Shown here piece after piece: positions 36,721 through 49,843 of a stretch of 64,000 nucleotides of DNA. The notes under the pieces are model-generated. The model saw only the letters and a list, made by a program, of their open reading frames with translations. It did no database searches and was not told where the DNA came from. The stretch is from Gnetum montanum (Eukaryota > Plantae > Gnetophyta). The stretch lies in contig MNCI01002657.1 in NCBI GenBank assembly GCA_015680685.1, positions 163,858-227,857 on the forward strand, in the 5' to 3' direction. The translations under genes and the position numbers were made by a program. Positions within the stretch are counted from its first letter, which is position 1. Every line of letters starts with the position of its first letter.

Positions 36721-39478
36721 ATGGTGTCAAAAGACCAAGAGGCTATAGGAGAGGCCGAACTATAGAACAAACTCCACTAGCAGAGCATATGGAGCAAGAG
36801 GCCCAATCCTTTAGTATTCGCCAATAGACACCTACTACCAAACATTTTTCTCAAGCGAAGGCAAAATAACCACAAATACCTGAACAAGGACAATGCCTCA
36901 CACTATCACCAAATAGCCTCCAAGCCATGCAAGAGAAGTCAATCATGTTCACAGTCATTGTGGAATTAGATTTTGGCCCTTTCATGGAGTTTGCTCTAGA
37001 TGTTGTAAGGACATAACTCCAATCATCTCCCCTGTGAACTACATTATCAACTAGTGTAAATGATAATTAGGGAAAAATCTTCAATTCTAGAAAAATAAAC
37101 AAACTAAGGCCACTATGAAAACAGAAGGAATTTCAGTGTCATATTCTGTAGAGGCAATAGCCAAATCCCTCAATCTACCAAATGAAGGAGCTAATGTGAC
37201 ACAAATATCCACAAGGTCTGATACAAATGCAAAAAGATTGTGGCTACAAGGAGCCTACAGCAAGGATGATAAGGAATACAGTGAGATGACTACCAAGGAT
37301 AAGATCTAATTTAAGATTGGAACCTATAAATTATTTCCTACTAAGAGGATTAACAGGATATCAACTTATGTGCCTAGAGAAAGCATCATTTTGATGGAAA
37401 AATTCAATGCCAATATCGCTCATCTCTACTTCTTCGAAATTCAAAGGCAAGTTGAAGAGAAGAAGGCATGGAAGCCAGCAATGCCATTTCCCTACCTAAT
37501 CAAGAAGCTATGCAAATAGTAGGCATATTGGATTATACAAATGATGTTTTGAGGAAAGCTCAAAATGCTTCTTACGCAGAGTTGTCAAGATCCATGCCTC
37601 TGAAAAAGGATCAATTGAAAAAGTAAGCAGGTACTGAGAGAGTACAAGCTCAACTCTTGCTAATACTATCCAAGCTACTAACCAACAATAGTAAGTAGGA
37701 CCTAGTAGCCAGCCACCAGCTAACCAGCAACAACAACAACAACAGCAACAAGTTCCACCACCACCATCACAAAATTACAAATCTTCAATGAGCCATTTGT
37801 AACAAATTGCAAACATAATAGGTTGGGGAAAAAGAGAGGGGGCCAATCTCTACAAGGTCAAGGAGAATGCAGTCAAGCCTATAGTTTCAACAAACCCTGC
37901 AAGTGAGAAAATTTCATTGCAATTAGGAGGAGGGGATGATCGGTCACAATAGATTTTAGGAAATGCTACATCATTCTAAGTGATGCTAGAAATAGGAGAA
38001 GGAGCCACATGGATGGTCATGTAGCATCAAGATGCAGTAGGAACCGCTAAAGTGATCATAGATCACATTAAAAAGTCCTTCAATGTTTTGTTGTGTCACT
38101 AGCCAATATTTTTGGAGCAAAAGACTCCCAAATGCTTGTTGGTATCTCAATGATTTCTGCTAGACATGAGGATATATTAGACAAGCTACTACAAATGGGA
38201 TAGGTCATGCAAAATCTCTTTGATATTTCCACTGATATCATAGTAGTCCAATTTGAATTAATCACCACCAAGGGAAAGTTGATCATGGTTGAGACTAGGA
38301 TGGAGCATGCTAAAAATGAATTCCACAAACTACAAGAAGAGTTAGCCATCCTAAGAGTGAAAAAAAGAGATCTGATGTAGTTCATTGCACCAAACCAACT
38401 TAACTAGTTTATAATAGACCATGTGAGATGCCTCATCAAACATAACATGAAGATGGAAAAAGAGAACGAGAAGCTGGTATGGGATGCATCAGTGGCAGAA
38501 GCACAAATGTATGCACATGCTAAAGCACTCACCATCCTATAGAAGGAAAATAAACAATTAGCTACTAATAATGCTCGATTGACCAACATTGTGTGACAAA
38601 AGAACATTCTCAAGGAAAGCATCCAACAACTTTGAGAATAATTAGTTCATGTCAACTAGGACATGAGTCGCTTAGCCCATGAGAATAGTACCCTATCAAT
38701 GAAAGAAGTCCACACAATCAAACAAAAGTTAATAATCGAAATTAGCGTGTGGCAAAATGAGGGCAAGAAGCACAAACAACTCAAAGAGCATTTCAAAGAT
38801 TAGGTGGGCATGTACAAGTAAATCAACAAGAAAGAAATCCAAATGGCCAAAGCCAAAATTAGTTCTATCTTTACACAGAATCCTAACTAGCAGCCAATCT
38901 TGCATAGTTTAGCCCATGTCCACCAAGTAGAAGTGAAGAACAAAGACCTACAAATTGAAGATCTCACAAAATACAAAAGGTTAGTGAATCTCCACTACAC
39001 TAACTTGGACATGTTAACAACAAGCAAGCCCAGGAATGAACTGGAACAGTAAGTAACAACCATGTATGCTTTATATGAAAAAGAGTTTGCTGATAGAAAA
39101 GATGCATTGAAAAAGTTAAATGTAGCAAACTCTGAACTCGAGATTATCATGGCCAACTACCTAGGCCAAAAAGATGTGGCAACTAACCTAGCTCATAGAA
39201 TGTTTGATAATCAAGAACTAAGAAAAATAGCCAAGGCTTTTGAAGAAGAAAAACGATAGTTTGTGGCATGATACGTAAAAGTCAATCAAATGTTTCTGTA
39301 ACTGCCATGTCCATCGGATGTACCTACTCCATCACACCTTGCTCAACAAGCATGGATGGTACATGATCCCAAGACAAAAGAAGAGAAGCTTCAGATGTTG
39401 ATAAACAGATATCAATTTAAGAAGCCTGATGATAAGGGGAAGCAGCCAATGAAAGAGCTACCATCACCGAGCACATAA
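36721..39478 (+). pseudogene. Decayed extra (env-like position) ORF of element A: plant transposon-protein-like N-terminus, poly-Q linker, long coiled coil
   Basis: SYSVEAIAKSLNLP and MPFPYLIKKLC (cf. LPFPxLITxLC); (CAA)n at 37725-37751; heptad-rich C-terminus (ORF 39062-39259); lies between integrase and the 3' LTR. Confidence 0.65.
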
Positions 39479-39670
39479 GCTACATCAAGCTATCCCAATT
39501 ATTTTTGTTTGTTATATAATTGTGTCAATTTTGTAAACACACCACTATGGTAGAGTCATGTAAATAGTCCATTAGTCATGTATAGTTCAATCTACCTCCC
39601 AATTTTGTAAGGGACTCTATCCTTATTTTGTTTTAACTTGAGGATGAGTTTTCAATCAAACGTGGGGGTA

Positions 39671-40556
39671 TCATAAAGTCAAATTTCATCATAATGCAAC
39701 ATCATAGCAACAACGTTGTATCAACGATGTCCTTGATATGATGTCACCACTCATGATACACCATCATTGATATGATGTCTCAAATGTGTGTACCCCCATA
39801 AATACAACACTTCAACATGCAATCCAACAACTTTTTATTTCATTAGTAATAGAACTCTTGTAGTTTGATTTCTTAGACTTAGACTTAGCAATAGAGAGTG
39901 AATGCCCACTGTGTGATGTGTGATAACTGAACAGTATCTTTATTCGAACAAGTTGTACTTGGGCACAAGTTGTGATGGAAATAAAGATTGAGACTATTTT
40001 CCATCATTCCAACATTCCCTTAATTTCTTTTGTTTACTTAGCATACTTTTCATTCTTTTACTAGCTTAATACTTTACTTTCTTAAGCACTTTATTTCTAC
40101 TTGTCAATAGTAAGCAGTATGGATACGACTGATTTCAAGCATTAAGTGTGATCGTTTGGTAACCCCAGTAGTACTATCACTTGGTTTGTCCAATAGCATA
40201 ATACTTGGTAATCTCAATGATGATACATGAGCCTAAGGCATGTCTAGTAAATTAGGAATGGTTATCCATCGCGATAGGCTAAACTAGATTTATGCTTTCT
40301 TAGTTAACTAGACTTGGATATTTTTCAATTAGGTTTACAAGCATTATTTGAGCCTTACAACATTACTTAGCATATACCTCCCTGAAAGCTAAGCTATACA
40401 CATTGTATCTCACTAGCTCAAGGTGGGAAGACAACGATTATGAGCTTAAACTCAATTACTAGCATAACAACATTGTTCATTTACGAATTATGACCAGGTC
40501 ACATGTGAACACTCGTGACTTGCATGGTTGAGTGTTGGATACTCCACAACTCATCA
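39671..40556 (+). repeat. 3' LTR of element A
   Basis: TCATAAAG (TG mutated)...CTCATCA; follows the PPT and precedes the TSD. Confidence 0.93.
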
Positions 40557-40561
40557 CTAAT

Positions 40562-42400
40562 GTTTCTTAAAAATTTTAATAGAAAAACCATCAAAACCTC
40601 GAGCTTTACCATTTGCTAAACTAAAGGCCAATATTTTGATTTCTTCCATTGTAATTTCTACATTAAGAATACTTTGATTTGCTTTTACTATAAGATGAGA
40701 AATATACATACTAGAGGCTTGGAAGGATTCCTTGCTAAAACCTTCAAAAATAGAAGAAAAATGATTCTTTAAAAAACTATTAATAGTGTCACAATCTTTA
40801 ATGATGGAATCATTTATATAAAGTGATTCTAGTTTAGATAATACTTAACATTTTTCTTTTAGAAATTTTAAATATTCCTTTCTAGGTTCATCTTCAATTT
40901 TCAGCCAACCCATGCGACCTTTAGTAAGAGCACTCTTAGCTTCAAAAGTATCACAATATTGTTTAGCAGAATGAGCTTTAGCCAAAGCTTTTTAAGTTTT
41001 AAAATAACAGGATTTTGATCTTTAAAAAATTGCATTTGCTTTATAGATTTTGTAGTATCTTCTTCAACTTGACACTTACACTTAGCATCATTTCTGACTC
41101 CACAAATAGTTCACTGCCACCAATCAATCCAACCAATATCACCAATAGGCTTTCTTTATGCATTTTATAAAGACTTCAAAATATTTTTCCCACTAGGTCC
41201 AATAAACATATTAGCATTCATATGAAAAAGCCCATGTTTTTAAAAAAATAAAGAATTAATACCATATTGAAACATACCACCCCTAACATTCATCCTCCAA
41301 AATTATTTGATCCTAAAAATATATTTAATAATAAGCAAAAAAAAATTTAAAGTACATCACATGCTTGACAGTGAATAGACAACATCAAAAAAAATGATGG
41401 AAAGAAAAAAAATTCCAATTTTAGACCTATCTACTTAGGTCTACAACCTTGCAATTAATACTTTAAAAAATTATATGAAAATATTAATTGTTAGTAGGGA
41501 GGAAGGTGTCAATCCTAGCAAGATTTACATCACTTTTCAACATTGATGCTTTTACCTAAAATAGCAAGTCTATGGCTTAAATATTAATATTTATATCAAA
41601 GCAAGATTCACATGAAAATTATAGCACAAATTCTAGATGACCTTCACCTCGTTGCTTACTATTAATCTTGCATCAAGAATCTCTACCAACAACTTTGACC
41701 TTCTTGTTAATAGTATTTTTAATCTGAGTTAATAATATTCTTGTCATATAAGGAACAATTTCTCACAAGCTATCTACCTGGGTTAATCAATACTTCTTGT
41801 AATAAAAGTAAAAGTATTCACAAAAGCTTCTATCTTCTGTTAATTCTTTATCTCCAGTTATTCATTCTTATTGTTAACATTAACTTAGATTTTCATATTT
41901 TCAATTTCTTATTGTTTTCCTCTATCTTCAACTTCAAACTTTTTTTTAGCATCTTTTTTCAAGTAAAAAAGAGCAAGCATTAAACATATGTTCTTCACAA
42001 TGGCAAAAGTTGCAAGAATTAGGAAAATTATAATATGTAATTGACTGAATATAAGTCTTCTCACTTGCTTCTAATACCAATTCCTTTTTACAATTGAGAA
42101 GATTGGTCTCAACAAAATGCCTAAAAAAAATCAAAAGCTATAGAAATAGATTCCATATGCTTAATGGGACTAAAAAGATTGATAATTTCATGCTTAAGTT
42201 TTAAAAAATTCAAGGAAATATTCAATAGCTCAACAAAACATAAAATGTAGAATATTTTTCAAATTGAACATCAAAATATGGAATCTACTTACAAATTATC
42301 AACACAGCATGCTTATGTATAAAAGGCCCTATATTAAGAGCACATTACAGCATTGAAGCATTGCCTAACTCAACAAGTAGAAAAAAAATAGAATAGTATC
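40562..42400 (-). mobile_element. Decayed L1 LINE: ORF1 zinc knuckle and ORF2 endonuclease region
   Basis: QSITYYNFPNSCNFCHCEEHMFNAC is a CX2CX4HX4C knuckle typical of plant L1 ORF1; MNVRG near 41285-41297; WLKIEDEP near 40890-40910. Confidence 0.65.
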
Positions 42401-43302
42401 TAGCTTAAATGACTTGAATGTCATCTTTTTGTATCACAGTATTTAATTGTGAAGCAAAACTTTGAATACAAAGCAAATAACCCAAAATTTGAATAAACAC
42501 ATATCTTGATGTAAAATCAACAACCACTGACTTGTATACATTATCAAGGAGAACAAAATCAAGTGTTTTAGTTTCATCAACATCACTAGAAGAAGGCATC
42601 TCAAATTTTTGCAGACTAGTTTGCAAATCTACAATCTCAAAATGAACAAAAATGTTTGCATCAATAGAAGAAGCAAAAGTGCTAACATTAGTTAGAGAAA
42701 TTGAAGGTAATTTACAATCCCCCATAGGGGAATTCTAGAGAGATCAAATCCATTGAAGAAAAATTAGATATTTCAAAGGAAAATTAAATCCATAGGAGAA
42801 ACACCAAATCCATTAGAGAAAAATCATACCTTAGGGCATAATACAACTCCTTGTCAAAAGAAACATTTTAGCAAAGATGACTCAAAATGCTCCTTATGTT
42901 GAAATATATCTTTATTTTATATGTAATTAATGAAATGTCTAGGGTGTAACATTCCATTCTTGAATCATCCACATCCTAGCTGATAAGAAGCTCCCATGGA
43001 TTCCACAATCCAAGCTCTTTCAAAGTCACAAAACAACAAATTTGAACAAGAAAAGGAAAATGAAAGCTTTATTCTTGCTCAAATGGAGAATTACATATGA
43101 AATGAAGCATAAATTCCCAAGGACAGACAACATTCAATCAAACTCTTACACACTCAAACAAAGCAATCACACACACACAAGCATGATGATTAAGGCACCT
43201 TGCCAAGACTCTATCTCTCCTTCTACTCTTCTCTCAACTCCCTAGACTCTCTCTTGATCAAAATGAAGGCCCAATAGGTCTATTTATATCCTTCCCTCAT
43301 CT

Positions 43303-46300
43303 CAAGACTATCCCTCAAGTCTGATGCAATCACATTGCCATGGTATGGGCTCAAATTTGAAACATTAAAAACACAAGAAATAGGCAAATCATTAGGTAAG
43401 TCAATCTCATGAGCATTTGGATTGATTTTGACCATGATCTAAAAGGGACCAATCCACCTTGACTTGAGCTTATAGAAGTGCACATTCTTTTGCCTTTCTT
43501 TACTCAAGTAAATCCAACCATAATTACCAATCTAGAAATTAATTGTCCTCTTGCCCTCATTAGCCTTGGAAGACACAATCTTTGTCTTTTTCTTCAAGTG
43601 AGATTTAACTTCTTGATGTAATTATCTCATTTGCTCAACAAATTCTAACCTCAAAGAGGCACAATCTTCAAATTTCCTCAACTCATCAACTATTCAAGGT
43701 GAAAATCCATAATTTTCCATAAAGGTCTTACTAATACCAGAATGGGAAGCATTATTATATGAAAATTCAGCATAGACCAACATGCTTTTCCACCTTTGAG
43801 GCTGATCCTCACACAAACATCTCAAGATCTTTAATAAAGACCTATTCACAACTTCAATTTGTCCATCAGTTTGAGGGTGATAGGTTGTGGAAAAAGACAA
43901 CTTGGTTCCATGTAGTTTCCAAAGTGATCTCCAAAAATGCCTGGTAAACTTGACATTCCTATCACTCACAATGTTTAAATGAATGACATGTAGTCTCACA
44001 ACATGCTGAAAGAATAAATGTGCAACATAGGAAACATCACTACTTTTCTTACATTGAATACAATGAGCCATTTTGGTAAATCTATCTACTACAAGAAGTA
44101 TAGAATCATGACCATATCTTGTCTTAGGAAACAGTCCAAAGAACCACTTTCCCAAGGAGCATTTGGGATTGGCAAAGGCAGATAATGACCATCTACACCT
44201 TTTCCCCCTTTGAACTTTTAACAAGTATGGCATTCTTTTACAAATTTAACCACATCATTATACGTACCTAGCCAAAAGTAATTTTTGCTCACCAATTCCA
44301 ATGTCTTGGTCTTGCCCATATGTGCAACCATATCACTTTGGTGTTTCTCTTCAAGGAATTTGTACCTAAAATCACACTTTGGAACACAAATTTTTCAACC
44401 TTTAAACAAAATCTCATTCTTCACATGATAAGCTCTCCATCAATTAGTCCTTCCCAACAATGGGAAAGATAACTCCTTCCAAATTGCACCAAAATTCTTA
44501 TCATTAGGATATAATGAAGCAAAAGAGTCAAATCCTTGAACTTTCACATTAGAAGAAACAGCATGAACTCTAGACAAAGTATCAACCACAACATTAGACT
44601 TGTCACTCCTATGTTTCAAAACAAAATAAAATTCTTGCAATTGCTCTACCCATTTCATGTGCTTTGCACTCAATTTCTTTTGAGAATTCAAAAATTAAAG
44701 TGCTCTATGATCAGTAAATAAAAGAAACTCTAATCCTAGCAAGTAATGTTTCCAATGTTTAATAGCTTGAAGTATAGCATATAGCTCCTTTTCATAAACA
44801 TTGTACTTTTTTCTAGATTCATTTAATTTTTCAAAAACGAATGCAATTGGCTCAAAGCACACCTCCAATACCAAGCCCACTTGTATCGACTTCCACTTCA
44901 AAAAGTTTTGAGAAATTTGGAATTGCCAAAACCAAAGCATTACAAATTTTCTCTTTCAATGCTTGAAAGGATTTTTCTTTCTCATTATCCCACATAAAGG
45001 CTGAATTTTTCTTTAAACAAGACAACATAGGCCATGCAATGAAACTAAAATGCCTAATAAATATCTTATAGAGCCAACCAAACCAAGAAAAGATCTCACC
45101 TCTCCCACATCCTTAGGTGAAGGCCATTCCTTAATTACCTTTATCTTACTTGGTTCTATCTTGACTTGGTTCTTGGAGACAACATGACCTAGGTAGATAA
45201 TTTCTTTCTTCATTAAGTGGCATTTCTTGATATTAATCACCAACTTTGCCTTTTGTAACTTTGAGCAAATCATCCTTAAATGATGTACATGATCCTCTTC
45301 CTTAGAATTGTACACAAAAATATCATCAAAGAAAACAACACAACATTTACCAATAAAATCCCTTAGGACTTCATGCATGAGCCTCATAAATGTGGTTGGA
45401 GCATTGGTTAGCCCAAAAGGCATGACTAACCACTCATACAAACCATTCAATGTCTTAAAGGTTGTTTTCCATTCATCTCCCGGTCTAATCCTTATCTGAT
45501 GATAACTACTTTTTAAATTAATTTTAGAAAAAATCTCAACATTGGTAAGCACATCAAGAATGTCATCCATCCAAGGAATAGGAAATCTATACTTGATAGT
45601 AATCCCATTAATAGTCCTAGAATCTATGCACATCCTTAATTCATCGATGTCCTTCTTGGGATCTAACACAACTTGAACGACACAAGGAGAGATGGACTCC
45701 TTAATAAAACCATTAGAGAGTAATTCACTTGCTTGCTCAATTCTTCCCTCTAATTTAGAGTCATGTTGTAGGCTCTTTTATTTGGAATTATAGCTCTCGA
45801 TATGAAGTCTATTTGATGTTGGATGGATCTCATTGGTGGAAGCCTTTCTAGTTTTCCCTTGAAAACATCATCAAATTCTAATGCCAAAGGTTGCACTGCT
45901 AGAGAAAGTTCATTTGCATGCTCCTCTTCACTTGTTGCAAGTGTTGACATGATGACAAAACCATGCCTAGCCTCTTCATGTGCTTGTAGGTACTCTTGCT
46001 CACTTAGCAAGATCAATGAAGCATTAATAGAAACATTTTCCTTATACTACTACCAAGTCATAAGAACGAGTTCATCTTTTCTTGGAATAGACCAAATATT
46101 TCTTGCACCACTAAAAGAAGCCTTGTTGTCAAAGTTCCATGGTCTTCCCAAAATAACATTAGCACAATCAATAAGGTGGATGTCACAATGTACTTTGTCT
46201 CTAAAAGAACCAATTTTAAAAGACAAAATACACTTCTCCTTAACCTTTTGGAAATGATCCTTGGATGGTTAAAGAACTCTATAGAGCCTGGGATGTGGAA

Positions 46301-47725
46301 ATGTCTTTAAACCAAGCTTAGAAACAACCTTTAAAGAAATCACATTTTCTTGAGCTCTACCATCAATTAAAATGTGTATCCACTCACCACTATCTAGACA
46401 CCTAGCTCCAATCCTAAAGAGCATCTTTCTTCTAGGATCTTCATTGGCATTAACATTTCCCATAAAAATACAAGATTTAATTTCATTGGTGCATGAGGAT
46501 TACCTTCATTAGAGGATTCTTGCTTTTCAAAGGTCCAAAGTTCCTTGCCTTTGGAGATCTTTGGCTTTTTGCACTTCCATCATTTGTGTTCCTTTTCACC
46601 ATAATTGAAGCATTGAAGTCTAGATGCATAGTAATTTCCTTGACCCTTTCCATTCTTGGAGTAGTCTTTCTTGGAATCTTGTCCCTCCTTGAACTTCTCT
46701 TGCTTCTCCTTTTGTCTTCTTTGGCATTTCCCTTCTTCTTGGCTCCTTTCTCACCTTTAGAAGCTTTGGAGTCCTTGCCTTTTGAAAATTTGTGGCCTTT
46801 GTTGTATTCTTGGAGTTTCTTCTCAGCCTTAAGAGCTAATTCAAAAGCCTCATCCAATGTTTGGGGCTCATAGAAGGTTAGCTCTTGTTGATGCTCCCTT
46901 TTGAGTCCTCCTTGAAAGTTGAATGCTTGTTCATAATCATCCCAATGAACTTTTGCAAGTTGGAAAGCCTTACAAAAATCCATATAGTAGTCCTTCACAC
47001 TCTTATCACCTTGCCTTAGGTACTTCGATTTTTGAATGGCCTCTTGTCTATGATGACTCTTCTCAAATTTTTGCTTGAGCATGAATTGCATTAAAGACCA
47101 ATCCTTGATAGGAGTACCATTGTTCACCTTGTAAGAATGGCTTTCCTTCTTCCACCATACAAGTGCTATTCCTTCCCATTTGGTTTTAGCATAAGACACC
47201 TTTTGAAGATTTTCCACATCTTCAAGTTCAAAGTAATTGTTAATCATTTTCAGCCAAGAGAGAAGATTCAATTCCTTCCATGCCATTGAAGGATTTGACT
47301 TCAACATGAGGCATTCTTGAAGCATGTTTGAAAGTTTTTGCAAGAGCAACTTCAATTCCTTCATCTTGCTTCCTTTGAAGCTTAGAAGGAAGGTCTTTTT
47401 TCCCTTTCTTAGAAAAAATGAGACCTTGAGACTTATTTTCAGCACTAGGAGCATGAATAAATACATCATCTTGATCTTCTCCTTTCCCATAGTCTTTATT
47501 TGCATAAGGAAGATCATCTTCAAGGGATGGCATTAAGTAATGTCTTGTAGAAGGTATGGGTGAAGAATTGCATGAATTATACCCTTTCTTGGATGCTTTT
47601 GGTGAAGTACCATGTCCTTTGTTCTCTCCAAGCTTTTCAATTTTCTCAACAATAAGCTTGGGAGCATTTCTCATGTCATCCATGTCTCTTAACAAAGCTT
47701 GAATTGTCTTCTTCTTTGGAGGCAT
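43303..47725 (-). pseudogene. gag-pol of element D (frameshifted)
   Basis: Gag ORFs 47240-47725 and 46483-47523; protease ILIDGRAQEN; RT 45013-45669 (WLVMPFGLTNAP, FFDDI); RNase H YEKELYAI..TDH; integrase 43694-44233. Confidence 0.9.
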
Positions 47726-48083
47726 GATGGAAATTGATCTAAAAGGTAATTTTCACAAAATTCTACAAGGAAAGGTGAAACTTTCAAGATTTCTCAAGGA
47801 GTCAGATAACAAACACAGAATCTTGAGAAAAATGAGCATAAGATCTTCACACCCTAGCTATTACAAGACAACGGATGTCCAATTCCACAATTATCTTCCA
47901 ATTCTTGAAAGATATGACAAACTTAGGGATCAAAGGGAATTTTCAAACCCTAGTCTGAGGAGAACAAATAGCAAGAGAGAATTCATCTAAGAGTGAAAAT
48001 GTGGCATGATTCTTTGCAATTGAGATGAGAATTATCCACTTGAATGCAATTGTCTTCAATTCCCAGCTACCCTGATACCAATA

Positions 48084-48884
48084 TGATGAAGAGCTCCCAT
48101 GGATTCCACAATCCAAGCTCTCTCAAAGTCACAAAACAGCAAATTTGAACAAGAAAAGGAAAATGAAAGCTTTAATCTTACTCAAATGAAGAATTTACAT
48201 ATGAAAGGAAGCACAAATTCCCAAGGATAGATATGAGATTCAATCAANTAATGAAGGCCCAAGAGATCTATTTATATCCTTGCCCACATCCCCCTGTGCC
48301 CACCGCCCCCACACCCACCCACCCACCCAACCCCACCCCACATTCTAGCCCTTCCCCTCACCCTATCTCTTCATCTTCCCTCTTTAAATTCAAAATTTAA
48401 ATCTTTAAAAACTCATGAAATTGTCTCATGTCCGTCTCAAAGGAGAATGGCATCTCACCCGAAAGTGGCTGTTAACAACTAGGACATCCTAGGAGAATGA
48501 GGCGTCTCACCCAAAAGTGGTTGTTAACAGCTAGGACATCTTGACATCATGTGGGGCATCTCAACTGAGATGTCTCAAGTGTAGCTAAGGCATCCTAAAT
48601 GCAATTGGGATGTCTCACCTACAACTAGGACGTCCCACCTGCCAAGGCAAAACACAAACATGCTCATTTCAAGGCCTAAAACCTCTAGACACCTCCAAAC
48701 AAGTCCCCATAGCCCCCAAAACCTCCTAAACTCACCAAACTTGTCCCAAAACACACCCAAACATGTCAAAATACCCTGAGATAATCATCAACAAAACAAC
48801 ACAAAAATACAAACACAACAACACACAAACATCTATGTATAAAGATATTGAGGATTAGACATGGGCTAAGTGATGTCCTCATCA
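48084..48884 (-). repeat. 5' LTR of element D (contains N gap at 48248)
   Basis: TGATG...CATCA termini; homologous to the B LTR. Confidence 0.9.
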
Positions 48885-49503
48885 CTAGCCTTGTCCCAAC
48901 AAACTAAAATCATCTTAACCTTATCGCAACAAAATAGAAAGAGTTAGATCCTTTTCTTTTCTAACATTCTATCTTAAACATAATTAAAAATACTTAAACT
49001 TAACTGTAAAAGAAATGCTAAAGATAGAATATAAGACTATATTGATGAAAAATGAATAAAAATCAATATTGAATATTTAGTGAGGTATGTAGCAATTCTC
49101 TTCTTAGGTACTTAATTCTTAAGAGACAATTTGGTAAGGTTACCCTAGTTAAGCCAATTACACCTTACCCAAGGTGGAACAAGTTTTCTTTATTAATATT
49201 CACTAACAATGCTAAGGCTAGGATAATGATGATAATCACTAACAATGTCAATTGCTCTATCTTCCAAACTACATAACTCCATGCCAACATGCCCTTAAGT
49301 TACCAATCTAGATAATCCATGTCAAAACCATTAAGGTCCAAAGAAATGGATATTCATAAATAATGGAACAATTTAAAAAGGCATTCGTTATAGTTAATCT
49401 AGAGAATTAGATAAATTGCAATTGATTTAAAGTACCACAAAAATCCTACAAATTTGAATGCTAAAAAAACAAAGAATAGTTTAAGGCATTGGATGAACCA
49501 CAT

Positions 49504-49640
49504 GATTCCCATGTAAATATAAAGGATTGTCACCCAAAGCCATAGTGCTCATCCTGCGAAACGAGGTCCCAAGAGGGTTGGTGGCTAAGTAAAGTCTAAC
49601 ATCTTCTAGTGGTTGCGCCTAGATTTCCATGTAAATATAA
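49504..49640 (-). mobile_element. Short 5'-truncated SINE/RTE-like retroposon just downstream of the KUP stop codon
   Basis: ~100-bp GC-richer insert flanked by 19-bp direct repeats GATT(C/T)CCATGTAAATATAA (49504-49522 and 49622-49640); resembles the 3' part of Au-type SINEs. Confidence 0.55.
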
Positions 49641-49843
49641 GCTTCCAAGTAATCATTCATTCAAAAGCTCATTGAAAGTTTAAGTTAAGCACAAATGGAA
49701 TAATGCTATGCATATGTTATAAGTTACTCCTGATTATTTGAATAAGTCATTATCTTAGAGAGGTTTGTCAATAATGATATTCTCACAGGCATCATTGCTA
49801 CATAGATGGCAATGTAATCCATAAATTCAGGTGATAATCAAAA

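Larger units (their letters stand above)
1262..40556 (+). mobile_element. Athila-like Ty3/gypsy LTR retrotransposon (element A), host of nested insertions
   Basis: Paired ~0.89-kb LTRs; perfect 5-bp TSD CTAAT at 1257-1261 and 40557-40561; tRNA-Asp-type PBS; PPT GTGGGGGTA at 39662-39670; decayed gag, pol and extra ORF. Confidence 0.92.
42981..48884 (-). mobile_element. CRM-like Ty3/gypsy chromovirus (element D), internally deleted
   Basis: Perfect TSD CTAGC at 42976-42980 and 48885-48889; 5' LTR 48084-48884; iMet PBS TGGTATCAG at 48072-48080; truncated 3' LTR 42981 to ~43297. Confidence 0.93.

Noticed and set aside
46493-46873. Hydrophobic 126-aa ORF suggesting a membrane protein
   Set aside because: Antisense shadow of the Lys-rich gag of element D.
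47240-47725. Programmed frameshift between overlapping gag ORFs in element D
   Set aside because: D has many other frameshifts and stops, so decay is the simpler explanation.
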